Origin: a virus
Taxonomy: Duplodnaviria; Caudoviricetes
Reading direction: 5' to 3' (one strand)
IMG/VR virus record: IMGVR_UViG_3300025608_000065
Coordinates: 1-30,822 of that record
Length of the DNA stretch: 30,822 nt
The notes under the pieces were generated by a model. It did no database searches. It was not told where the DNA came from and saw nothing but the letters and a program-made list of their open reading frames with translations. Positions 7,102-15,920 of this stretch are shown in pieces. The position numbers were made by a program, and so were the translations under genes. Position 1 is the first letter of the stretch. Every line of letters starts with the position of its first letter.

Positions 7102-7293
7102 ATGGACACAATGAACGCAGTTGCTGCGCAAGAAGTTGCTTTACACATGGCGATGTGTGTTAACGCTGAGTATGTACACGCTTGGGGATTACAGAGTTTT
7201 TTAGAGAAACTGTCTGAATATACCGCTATGGACTGTGATCTTGATGATATACAACTGTGCGTGAACCACTTAGAGGACGAAGACGATGAGTGA
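7102..7293 (+). CDS. Hypothetical protein
   Basis: SD GAGGA; coupled to the next ORF. Confidence 0.65.
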   Translation: MDTMNAVAAQEVALHMAMCVNAEYVHAWGLQSFLEKLSEYTAMDCDLDDIQLCVNHLEDEDDE

Positions 7294-7516
7294 AGTAGAT
7301 ACGTATATCCTTATGACAAGTCTCAGAGCACGTATTGATGATTATCTGTATGATCCTGAGCCTCAGTATGATGCGGTGCTTGAAGACCTAAACAGTGATT
7401 TAAGAGCAAACAGAAGTAAAACCTTACTGAGACTCTCTAATGAACTGGACAAGGTCATCAAAGAATACAACCGCATTGTTAACGAACGTATACAAGACAT
7501 GGAGCAATTCTCATGA
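7286..7516 (+). CDS. Hypothetical protein
   Basis: Part of a tightly overlapping ORF chain. Confidence 0.65.
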   Translation: MSEVDTYILMTSLRARIDDYLYDPEPQYDAVLEDLNSDLRANRSKTLLRLSNELDKVIKEYNRIVNERIQDMEQFS

Positions 7517-7752
7517 GTAAACTACCCCCTGTACAACGTCCCTACTTAAGCGACACAGGCTTAACAGGTGAATCAGCCTACCTATGGGCAGTCTTTCTAG
7601 CCAACGAAGCAGACATGGCAGATGACTACATCGCCTATGACAAGTGGAAGGCTGCTGCAGAGACTTTAGCGCCTGCGAAGGGCAAAGCAACACCAGCTGC
7701 AGTACACTACCCAATCCTGGAAGAGGCGATCAAGACCTATGGCATTTGTTAA
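7513..7752 (+). CDS. Hypothetical protein
   Basis: ATGA overlap; SD GGAG. Confidence 0.65.
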   Translation: MSKLPPVQRPYLSDTGLTGESAYLWAVFLANEADMADDYIAYDKWKAAAETLAPAKGKATPAAVHYPILEEAIKTYGIC

Positions 7753-9337
7753 GCACTCAATGGCTTGTGAAGACTGCGGAAGTTCAAGAGGCTTTGCAAT
7801 TGACGATAACGGCTGGGGGACATGTTTCTCTTGTGGAAAGAAAACGCCTCCAGCGTCTACAGAGGCTCACAGTAGTAGGGTAATACCAATGAGACCAAAA
7901 GAATCGCATACAAAGGCTTACAATGCGTCTGAGGGCATAATTCACAGGGCTTTGACGGATAGGAAGATATCTGTGAACGCTATGCAAGCATATGGGGTAG
8001 GGTTCAGAGGTGATGATCTTGTATTCCCGTATGGTGAAGGTGTTGCTGCGAAGGTTCGGAAGAATGGGAATAAAGAGTTTACCATTGAGGGGAACTGGAG
8101 AGAGGCTACAACCCTCTTTGGACAAGAAAGGTTCTCAGGAGGTCAGAAGTATATTCTTGTGGTTGAAGGTGAACTTGATGCCCTATCAGCACACCAGATG
8201 ATGTCCTATAAGACTCCTGTTGTTTCTGTGCGTAACGGTGCGCAGTCTGCGTTGAAGGACTGCAAAGAGAACTATGACTACCTAGACTCCTTCGAGAACG
8301 TAGTCTTTTGCTTTGATGCGGATCAGCCTGGATTAATGGCTCAGGCAAAGTGTGCAGAGTTGTTTAGTCACAAAGCACGTTGTGTGAAGCATGTGAATGG
8401 GCTGAAGGATGCGAATGATTACTTGGTTGATAATCGGTCTGCTGAGTTTGTCAATATCTTTTGGAGGGCTGAGAGATGGACTCCAGATGGTATCGTAGCC
8501 GGTGGTAACCTTTATGACGAGGTAATGAAGCCTTTAGAGAAGGCTGCGTGTGAGTATCCTTTTGATGGCCTGAACAAACTAACCTATGGGATTAGACAAC
8601 AAGAACTGGTCACCGTAACAGCAGGCTCAGGGCTAGGTAAGTCTCAGTTTTTACGAGAGATTATTTGGCATATCCTGCAGAATACTCAGGCCAATATTGG
8701 ATTGATGTTCTTGGAAGAATCAACACGGAAGACTGGGCTGTCTTTGATGTCCTTGGCAGCAAACAAACTACTGCATCTTCCAGACAACGAAGCAACACAG
8801 GCTGAGAAAGATGAAGCATTTAAACAAACTTTGGGTACAGATCGTCTGTTTCTATTTGATCACTTTGGTTCCAGTGATGTGGATAACATTGTTAATCGTG
8901 TCCGCTATCTTGCCAAGGTAGTTGGCTGTGATTACATCTTTGTTGATCACATTAGTATCATCGTCTCTGCGCAGAACAACGGAGATGAGCGTAAAGCCAT
9001 TGACGAGATCATGACGAAACTCAGAATGCTTGTCCAGGAAACCGGAGTTGCATTGATCTGCGTGAGTCACCTAAAGAGACCTGAGAGTCGAGGACATGAA
9101 GAAGGGGCTGCAACGTCTCTGGCACAACTCAGAGGATCAGGCTCTATTGCTCAACTGTCTGATATGGTTATTGGACTTGAGAGAAACGGACAAGCAGACG
9201 ATGAAGCCGAACGTAACACGACGTATGTACGTGTACTCAAGAACAGGTTCAGCGGGATTACCGGCAAAGCCTGTGCATTGCTATACAGTTTAGTTACTGG
9301 TAGAATGACTGAAGTTGATGAAGAGGAGGCTCTATGA
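7739..9337 (+). CDS. T7 gp4-like DNA primase-helicase
   Basis: Zn finger CEDC..CFSC, TOPRIM VVEGELDALS/FDAD and KDAND, helicase AGSGLGKS, FLEE, VDHISI, LRGSGSIAQLSD, KNRFSG. Confidence 0.95.
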   Translation: MAFVKHSMACEDCGSSRGFAIDDNGWGTCFSCGKKTPPASTEAHSSRVIPMRPKESHTKAYNASEGIIHRALTDRKISVNAMQAYGVGFRGDDLVFPYGEGVAAKVRKNGNKEFTIEGNWREATTLFGQERFSGGQKYILVVEGELDALSAHQMMSYKTPVVSVRNGAQSALKDCKENYDYLDSFENVVFCFDADQPGLMAQAKCAELFSHKARCVKHVNGLKDANDYLVDNRSAEFVNIFWRAERWTPDGIVAGGNLYDEVMKPLEKAACEYPFDGLNKLTYGIRQQELVTVTAGSGLGKSQFLREIIWHILQNTQANIGLMFLEESTRKTGLSLMSLAANKLLHLPDNEATQAEKDEAFKQTLGTDRLFLFDHFGSSDVDNIVNRVRYLAKVVGCDYIFVDHISIIVSAQNNGDERKAIDEIMTKLRMLVQETGVALICVSHLKRPESRGHEEGAATSLAQLRGSGSIAQLSDMVIGLERNGQADDEAERNTTYVRVLKNRFSGITGKACALLYSLVTGRMTEVDEEEAL

Positions 9338-9906
9338 GCATTAAGAATCTTAAGAACTATAGCCGCAAAGTAATTGAAATTAAAGGAGAACTTTGGTATG
9401 CAGGCGCTACTAAAGCAGCCCGTCAACGACTTGAATCACATGCAAAGAAAAACCTGACAAGAATGTTTGTAGGTGGTGAGTACATACCGAAATCACATCC
9501 ATTACATAAGCCTGGCCGCTACCCAACTTTCGAGGCTGCATGGTCTCATGAAGACTTAGACAAGATCAATGAAGGTGATGTCTATATTATCAGTAACCCA
9601 GCGTGGCCTGAGTGGTACAAGGTTGGGAAGGCAATTAGTGCTGCAGACCGGTGTCGTGGGTATCAGACCTCAAGTCCGTTTCGTGACTACAAGGTAGAAT
9701 ACTCAGAACACTTTGCAAATCAACACGATGCTGAAACCTATATTCACAACACACTACAAAGCAAAGGAATAGAGTTTCTGAATGAATGGTTTCGTACAGA
9801 CCTAGAAACAATTATCAATGTGATTAAAGAGGTTGATTGTGAAAAAATTAGTGCTAGACATCGAGACGAACACCACCCACAGTACGATTTGGGTCTGTGT
9901 GACTGA
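9334..9906 (+). CDS. T5orf172/GIY-YIG-like nuclease-domain protein
   Basis: VYIISNPAWPEWYKVGKA...R...YQTSSPFRDY...AE..IH..L...EWF pattern. Confidence 0.75.
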   Translation: MSIKNLKNYSRKVIEIKGELWYAGATKAARQRLESHAKKNLTRMFVGGEYIPKSHPLHKPGRYPTFEAAWSHEDLDKINEGDVYIISNPAWPEWYKVGKAISAADRCRGYQTSSPFRDYKVEYSEHFANQHDAETYIHNTLQSKGIEFLNEWFRTDLETIINVIKEVDCEKISARHRDEHHPQYDLGLCD

Positions 9907-11485
9907 AGACGTTGAGACTGGAGAAGTGCTATGTCATACAGAGCCACAAAGTTTAGCCTCTTTGCTGAAGTCTTACGACAAGATAATCGGACACAACCTG
10001 ATTGGTTTCGATGCTCCAGTCCTGAACAGGCTGTGGAATGTTGGAATCAAGCGCTCTCAGGTGGAAGACACGCTGATCATGTCTCGTCTTTTAAACCCCG
10101 TAATCGAAGGAGGACATTCTTTAAGGGCCTGGGGAAAGAGGTTTGGTGATGAGAAAATCGACTTCACAGACTACGATGGTGGTTACTCTGAAGAGATGGT
10201 TGAATACTGTAAGCAGGACGTTGCGCTCACGGTGCGACTCTACAAGTATCTCTCTGAAAACCTCAACAAGTGGAAAGACCCGTCTCTTTCTCTGCAGATT
10301 GAGCACGAAGTTGCTATTGAGTGTGCTAAGCAAGAGCGTCACGGGTTTAAGCTGGATCGTATTGAAGCAGAAGTATTACGTGCTACTTTGGCAGATCGAA
10401 TGGGCGTTATTGAAGATGAGATGCAGAAAGTATTTGAGCCAATCGTAGAGGAACGCTGGTCTGAAAAGACCGGCAAGCAGCTGAAAGATAAAGTCACTGT
10501 GTTTAATCCAGGCTCTCGCAAGCAGATTGCAGACCGGCTGCAGGGCCTTGGCTGGAAGCCTACGAAGCACACAGAGAAAGGTCAACCTATTGTCGATGAG
10601 AGTACTCTTGAAGGATTAGATATTCCAGAGGCTCAATTGATCGCTGAATATTTAATGATTCAGAAACGTGTTGGCTTGATGGACTCTTGGCTAAAGAATG
10701 TTGATGACGACGACAGAGTGCATGGTGCGATTATTACAAACGGTGCAGTGACAGGACGTATGACACACCATAGTCCCAATTTGGGACAAGTACCATCTGT
10801 GACTAAACCATATGGTGTAGAGTGTCGTAAGCTATGGACTGTCGATGAATCTAACGTTCTTGTCGGTACGGATTTATCAGGCATTGAACTACGCTGTCTT
10901 GCTCATTATATGCAGGACGATGAGTGGACAGAGGAACTTCTGAATGGCGACATCCATCAGAAGAACGCTGACGCTGCTGGTATTACAAGACCACAAGCTA
11001 AGACTTTGATTTATGCGACGTTGTATGGTGCAGGTCCTGCTAAGATTGGTAGTATTGTCGGCGGAGGTGCCAAGGAGGGACAACAAATCCTCCGTCGCTT
11101 TTATGCGAACACTCCTGCGTTGTCACGACTCATGGAGAAAGTTCAGAAGCTGGCAGCGAAGGGTTATGTTCCTGGCTTAGATGGCAGAAGAATACTTGTG
11201 CGCTCTGAACATGCTGCGCTTAATTCTTTACTACAAGGCTGTGGTGCTATTATAGCTAAACAGTGGTGCATTGAAGCACATAAAACATTTAGGAAGAGAC
11301 AAGTACCTGTGCAACAGGTTGCGTTTGTCCATGATGAAATACAGATTGAAACAGCAAATCGCTATGGCGAAGACGTTGCGTCAATCATGGTAGACTCTGC
11401 GAAACAAGCAGGGATTAACTTGGGCTTTAGATGCCCAGTAGATGCTGAGAGTAAAATCGGCAACAATTGGTACGAGACTCACTAA
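9839..11485 (+). CDS. polA: Family A DNA polymerase with 3'-5' exonuclease
   Basis: ExoI LDIET, GHNLIGFD, YCKQDV; motif A GTDLSGIELR, motif B AKTLIYATLYG, motif C VHDE. GTG start with SD GAGG. Confidence 0.95.
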   Translation: MKKLVLDIETNTTHSTIWVCVTEDVETGEVLCHTEPQSLASLLKSYDKIIGHNLIGFDAPVLNRLWNVGIKRSQVEDTLIMSRLLNPVIEGGHSLRAWGKRFGDEKIDFTDYDGGYSEEMVEYCKQDVALTVRLYKYLSENLNKWKDPSLSLQIEHEVAIECAKQERHGFKLDRIEAEVLRATLADRMGVIEDEMQKVFEPIVEERWSEKTGKQLKDKVTVFNPGSRKQIADRLQGLGWKPTKHTEKGQPIVDESTLEGLDIPEAQLIAEYLMIQKRVGLMDSWLKNVDDDDRVHGAIITNGAVTGRMTHHSPNLGQVPSVTKPYGVECRKLWTVDESNVLVGTDLSGIELRCLAHYMQDDEWTEELLNGDIHQKNADAAGITRPQAKTLIYATLYGAGPAKIGSIVGGGAKEGQQILRRFYANTPALSRLMEKVQKLAAKGYVPGLDGRRILVRSEHAALNSLLQGCGAIIAKQWCIEAHKTFRKRQVPVQQVAFVHDEIQIETANRYGEDVASIMVDSAKQAGINLGFRCPVDAESKIGNNWYETH

Positions 11486-11509
11486 ACTGTGAGTTTACAG
11501 TGCTATAAT
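11485..11509 (+). promoter_or_regulatory. Extended -10 promoter upstream of SSB
   Basis: AACTGTGAGTTTA-CAG-TGCTATAAT. Confidence 0.65.
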
Positions 11510-11537
11510 GATCTTATCACACCAAGAGGAGAATGTG

Positions 11538-11996
11538 ATGACTGACCGTGTGAAAATCAAAGGCGACATTATGTGGGCTTCTACAGATGTCATGAATCCA
11601 ATGTCTGAAAAGTATCAGATGGATATTTGTAACCTCAGTGACAATGCAGTGAATGCATTAGAAGGTATGGGAATACCTGTCAACCAGAAAGAAGGACAAG
11701 GTTACTATGTGACCTGTAAGTCTAAGTTGCCTATGCGTACCTACGATGCAGATGGTATGCAACTGACTGGATTTCCGCTAAAGGATGATGGTTCTCCATC
11801 TCCACAGGCTGTAAAGATCGGCAATGGTTCAGAGTGTATTGCTTTGATTGAGCCGTATTCTTGGAAGTTCAAGAACAAGGAAGGCGTATCTGCGTCTCTG
11901 AAGAAACTCGTAGTCACCAACTTAATCAAGTTTGGGGATGACGTAGGCGTTGAGGAACTCCTTGTTGAAGAGGATGACGAGGACGAAATCCTTTAA
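11538..11996 (+). CDS. Single-stranded DNA-binding protein (gp2.5-like)
   Basis: Lies between pol and exonuclease; acidic tail EEDDEDEIL; strong SD GAGGAG. Confidence 0.7.
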   Translation: MTDRVKIKGDIMWASTDVMNPMSEKYQMDICNLSDNAVNALEGMGIPVNQKEGQGYYVTCKSKLPMRTYDADGMQLTGFPLKDDGSPSPQAVKIGNGSECIALIEPYSWKFKNKEGVSASLKKLVVTNLIKFGDDVGVEELLVEEDDEDEIL

Positions 11997-12685
11997 TGTG
12001 TTATCATGCGATCATTGATGCAGACATCTTAGTCTACCGTATTGGCTTTGCAGCCAACGAAGAATCGGAAGAGATGGCTATCAAACAAATGGCAGGGTAT
12101 GTTGAAGATATGATTATGTTTGACTTACCTTACTGCATCACGTGGTCACTACACTTAACAGGTAAGGGCAACTTCAGGGATGATATTGCCGTTACAGTCC
12201 CTTACAAAGGAAATCGTAAGGGAACTGTTAAGCCTGTCCATTACCAAGCACTCAGGGATTATCTCGCTTGGTCTTGGGATGCAACAATCTGGGAAGGGAT
12301 TGAAGCAGACGATGCGGTTGCCATTGAGGCAACTGAGAAAGGTGATAAAGGTATCATTGTATCACTGGACAAAGACCTGGACCAAGTTGTTGGCTGGCAC
12401 TTCAACTTTGCTAAAGGTCTCCTGTATTACATTGATGAAGAGACTGCTAAGTTTAACTTCTATAAACAGTTTCTCACTGGTGACCGAGTAGACAACATTG
12501 TCGGTGTACACGGTATCGGAGAGAAACGAGCAACTAAGTTGTTGGAAGGGAAGACTGAGCAGGAGATGTGGGATGTTATCGTAGAGCATTTAGGCTACGA
12601 CAGAGCAATGGAGAACGGACATCTGCTTTACATGTTGAGATCGTTCGGTGATAAGTTTATACCACCAACAGAGACTACAGCATGA
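11996..12685 (+). CDS. 5'-3' exonuclease (T7 gp6-like)
   Basis: IIDADILVY, NFR, YKGNR, EADD, SLDKDLDQ, GDRVDNIVGVHGIG. Confidence 0.9.
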   Translation: MCYHAIIDADILVYRIGFAANEESEEMAIKQMAGYVEDMIMFDLPYCITWSLHLTGKGNFRDDIAVTVPYKGNRKGTVKPVHYQALRDYLAWSWDATIWEGIEADDAVAIEATEKGDKGIIVSLDKDLDQVVGWHFNFAKGLLYYIDEETAKFNFYKQFLTGDRVDNIVGVHGIGEKRATKLLEGKTEQEMWDVIVEHLGYDRAMENGHLLYMLRSFGDKFIPPTETTA

Positions 12686-13026
12686 AAGCACAGTCCGCCA
12701 AAGCAAAAGGCAGAAAACTACAGCAAGCAGTCCGTGATGGTATTCTAAAGCGCTTCCCAACGCTTGAGCCAGACGATGTTCGCAGCACAGGGATGGGTCA
12801 GTCTGGAGAGGACGTTCAGTTGTCTCCTGCTGCTCGTAAACTGTTTCCATACTCTGTTGAGTGTAAGAACCTTGCAAAGATCGCAGTATACAACTACTAC
12901 AATCAATGTGAAGGTAACTCAGCAGAGTATGAGCCTCTTGTCGTTATCAAACAAAACAGATCGAAGCCTTTAGCAGTAGTTGACCTTGAGCATTTTTTAA
13001 ATCTTGTGGAGAAACATAATGGATAG
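12682..13026 (+). CDS. PD-(D/E)XK endonuclease, probable Holliday junction resolvase
   Basis: KAKGRKLQ...GEDV...SVECKN...PLVVIKQNR. Confidence 0.7.
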   Translation: MKAQSAKAKGRKLQQAVRDGILKRFPTLEPDDVRSTGMGQSGEDVQLSPAARKLFPYSVECKNLAKIAVYNYYNQCEGNSAEYEPLVVIKQNRSKPLAVVDLEHFLNLVEKHNG

Positions 13027-13243
13027 TTTTGACTTTTTTGACACTGAAAGGTTCTCTGTCAAACTAGAAATAAAAGCCCATGATAGAACACGTATTCTTG
13101 ATGCAACATATCCTGAAGATGTAAGTTGGAAAGATATTGTAGATGACCTAGTCTCTGTTGTTGAGGCTGCCTATGGATACTCGTTTAATATCAATGAAGA
13201 GATTGGTATCTACTACCCAGGAAAACAAGATGACAGCGAATAA
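13019..13243 (+). CDS. Hypothetical acidic protein
   Basis: SD GGAG; part of an overlapping ORF chain. Confidence 0.65.
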   Translation: MDSFDFFDTERFSVKLEIKAHDRTRILDATYPEDVSWKDIVDDLVSVVEAAYGYSFNINEEIGIYYPGKQDDSE

Positions 13244-13445
13244 TCACCAAGTTGGTGGTGTACATTACACGTCAAAGTCTGTGCAGCCTTGGCAGGCTAT
13301 GGAATCTTGGATGTCTGAAGAAGCCTTCAAAGGATTTCTTTGGGGTAATGCAATCAAGTACTTAGCTAGATGGGAAGACAAAGGTGGGCGATCAGACCTT
13401 GAAAAGTGCAAGCATTACCTTGACAAACTCTTGGAAATCGTATAG
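13230..13445 (+). CDS. DUF3310 (T7 gp1.7-like nucleotide kinase family) protein
   Basis: QVGGVHY...GNAIKYLAR..KGG..DLEKCKHYL. Confidence 0.8.
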   Translation: MTANNHQVGGVHYTSKSVQPWQAMESWMSEEAFKGFLWGNAIKYLARWEDKGGRSDLEKCKHYLDKLLEIV

Positions 13446-13448
13446 AAT
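13420..13448 (+). promoter_or_regulatory. Sigma-70 promoter for the RNR operon
   Basis: TTGACA-N17-TAGAAT. Confidence 0.75.
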
Positions 13449-13457
13449 AGTAGGTTC

Positions 13458-13658
13458 GTGCCCGTGATTACTTTAGAAGAACTCAAAGACAAACTGGCAC
13501 AGTTGGATGAGGTAACTCTATTGGAAACTTTAGAGATTACCTCATTTGATTTAGTCAATCGCTTTAGCGATCTAATAGAATCCAACTACCTAGAACTAAC
13601 TGGAGAATTTGATGAAATCACCCCATTCGACGAAGAACTATCTTGGGATAACGATTGA
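13458..13658 (+). CDS. Hypothetical acidic protein
   Basis: 66-aa ORF directly after the promoter. Confidence 0.6.
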   Translation: MPVITLEELKDKLAQLDEVTLLETLEITSFDLVNRFSDLIESNYLELTGEFDEITPFDEELSWDND

Positions 13659-15384
13659 TTATGGCAGAGACGAAAGACTCAGTGATCAAGCAATTACGCT
13701 CATGCGTGATTACTACATGTACGAGCATGAAACAAGTCCTCAAGAGGCTTTTGCAAGGGCTTCTGTGGCCTACTCAGCCGGTGACTTGGACTTTGCGCAG
13801 CGTATTTATGATTATGCTTCAAAAGGTTGGTTTATGTTTGCGTCGCCTGTGCTGTCGAACGCACCTGACGATGCACGAAACAATCGGGGCCTGCCTATTA
13901 GTTGTTTCCTTACTTACGTGGGGGACAATCTTGATAGCCTTATTGAACATAATGGTGAAGTAGCATGGCTTTCCGTAAAGGGCGGAGGTGTGGGTGGGCA
14001 CTGGTCAGATGTGAGAGGTATCAGCGACAAAGCCCCAGGCCCGATACCATTCATGAAGGTAGTGGACAGTCAGATGACAGCGTACAAACAGGGCAAGACT
14101 CGGAAGGGAAGTTACGCAGCTTACATGGACGTAAGCCATCCTGACATTGAAGAATTTATTTCGTTTAAAGTACCTACTGGTGGTGACATCAATCGTAAGT
14201 GCTTTAACTTGTTTAATGCTGTGAATCTCACAGATGAATTTATGGAGAAAGTAATTAATGACGGACAACACAATCTTACAGACCCAAATACAGGACTTGT
14301 CAGAGATACAATCCCGGCTCGTAAGCTGTGGCAACGAATCCTTGAAGCTAGGTTTAGAACTGGTAGCCCTTACCTTAACTTTATCGACACAGCCAACAGA
14401 AGCCTACCAGCTAAACAAAAAGAACTTGGATTACGCATTAACGGCTCTAACCTCTGCAATGAAATCCACCTCGCAACAAGTGAAGAACGCACAGCAGTCT
14501 GTTGCCTCTCCTCAGTCAACCTCGAAAAGTACGACGAGTGGTGTACATCAGGAATGGTTGGAGACCTTATCAGACTCCTGGACAACGTACTACAATACTT
14601 TATCGACAACGCTCCAGAAGAACTTGGCAAAGCAGTTTACTCAGCCTATAGAGAACGTTCAGTCGGCTTGGGAGCAATGGGCTTCCACGGCTACCTCCAA
14701 AGCAAAGGAATAGCCTGGGAGTCTTGGCAGGCAGCCTCAGAAAACTATCAGATGTTCAAAGCGATTAAGGAGCAAGCTGTCGATGCAACGTATCAACTGG
14801 CTGCAGAACGTGGCGAATGTCCTGATGGTAGTGGCACAGGTGTTAGGAATATGCATCTATTGGCTATTGCTCCTAACGCTAACAGCAGCATCTTATGTGG
14901 TTGTTCTGCCTCTATTGAGCCTAGTATATCTAATTGTTATGTTCACAGAACACGGGCGGGAAGTCATACAGTCCGCAACAAGTACTTGGAGAAACTTTTA
15001 GATGAGAAAGGTCAGAACACCAAGAAGGTGTGGCAAAGCATACTTGAGAACGAGGGCTCTGTACAGCACTTGGGGTTCCTTTCCGATGACGAGAGGGATA
15101 CTTTTAAAACAGCGTTTGAACTGGATCAGACATGGGTTGTCGAACACTCAGCCAAAAGACAAGAGTTCATTTGTCAAGGACAATCGGTTAATGTGTTCTT
15201 CCCGGCGGGTACTGACAAAGCTATTGTTAATCAGACACATCTCAAGGCATGGAAGGAAGGGCTTAAAGGATTATACTATCTCCGGACGACTGCAGGTGTT
15301 ACAGCGGAGAAAGTTGGAACTAAGGTAGATCGTAATGCTCTGAAGGACTTTGAAGGCGAGGAGTGTGTATCGTGTCAGGGATGA
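13612..15384 (+). CDS. nrdA: Ribonucleotide reductase class I alpha subunit (no ATP cone)
   Basis: FASPVLSN, ISCFL, GGGVG, SNLCNEI, LAIAPNANSS, QGQS, GLYYLR and C-terminal CVSCQG. Confidence 0.95.
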   Translation: MKSPHSTKNYLGITIDYGRDERLSDQAITLMRDYYMYEHETSPQEAFARASVAYSAGDLDFAQRIYDYASKGWFMFASPVLSNAPDDARNNRGLPISCFLTYVGDNLDSLIEHNGEVAWLSVKGGGVGGHWSDVRGISDKAPGPIPFMKVVDSQMTAYKQGKTRKGSYAAYMDVSHPDIEEFISFKVPTGGDINRKCFNLFNAVNLTDEFMEKVINDGQHNLTDPNTGLVRDTIPARKLWQRILEARFRTGSPYLNFIDTANRSLPAKQKELGLRINGSNLCNEIHLATSEERTAVCCLSSVNLEKYDEWCTSGMVGDLIRLLDNVLQYFIDNAPEELGKAVYSAYRERSVGLGAMGFHGYLQSKGIAWESWQAASENYQMFKAIKEQAVDATYQLAAERGECPDGSGTGVRNMHLLAIAPNANSSILCGCSASIEPSISNCYVHRTRAGSHTVRNKYLEKLLDEKGQNTKKVWQSILENEGSVQHLGFLSDDERDTFKTAFELDQTWVVEHSAKRQEFICQGQSVNVFFPAGTDKAIVNQTHLKAWKEGLKGLYYLRTTAGVTAEKVGTKVDRNALKDFEGEECVSCQG

Positions 15385-15441
15385 CATCCGCATAAAAGTG
15401 GGAATATATGCATAGTATTCCTATGCAAAGGAGAAGAACAA

Positions 15442-15648
15442 ATGAAAACCAAAGCAGGAAAAATCGACGTAAAGGACTACGTTGAACATGAAGATGGCTC
15501 TGCAACACTGGTTGTTGATACAGACCCAAAAGCCACAAGACTGTTAGTTGAGATTGGACTCAGGCGGTTGCTTGAGATGGCACTAGAGAAGGAGAAAGGC
15601 TATGAGTTTAGCCCTGAAGCTAAAGAAGACGTGGCTGAAACGTCTTAA
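15442..15648 (+). CDS. Hypothetical protein
   Basis: SD AAGGAG; YVEHEDGSATL pattern. Confidence 0.7.
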   Translation: MKTKAGKIDVKDYVEHEDGSATLVVDTDPKATRLLVEIGLRRLLEMALEKEKGYEFSPEAKEDVAETS

Positions 15649-15757
15649 AGCATCGTGTAAAAAGAATTGGGATAAGGCCCGTAAGTTACATGCAAAGATC
15701 ATCGGGTTGGAATCGGAGATTAGAATACTTGAAAAGTCAAACGGAAAACTTAATTAA
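15602..15757 (+). CDS. Small basic protein, 51 aa (not in ORF track)
   Basis: SD GGAG then MSLALKLKKTWLKRLKASCKKNWDKARKLHAKIIGLESEIRILEKSNGKLN. Confidence 0.55.
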   Translation: MSLALKLKKTWLKRLKASCKKNWDKARKLHAKIIGLESEIRILEKSNGKLN

Positions 15758-15920
15758 GCGATTGGAACTCGTGAAGGATATTGATCCTTTTAATAAACAA
15801 CTACTGAATGCTTGTCATCTACACATTCAGAGTTTACAAGACGAAGTTGATAGACTACAGTATCATAACAACAATCTTATGAATGTAATCTATCAGAACC
15901 AAGAATTATTGGAGAACTAA
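15729..15920 (+). CDS. Hypothetical coiled-coil protein
   Basis: Probable TTG start with SD GGAG; abuts nrdB. Confidence 0.6.
   Translation: MKSQTENLIKRLELVKDIDPFNKQLLNACHLHIQSLQDEVDRLQYHNNNLMNVIYQNQELLEN

Noticed and set aside
11487-11500. CTGTGAGTTTACAG as an SOS box
   Set aside because: CTG-N8-CAG spacing is wrong for LexA; treated as part of the shared promoter motif instead.
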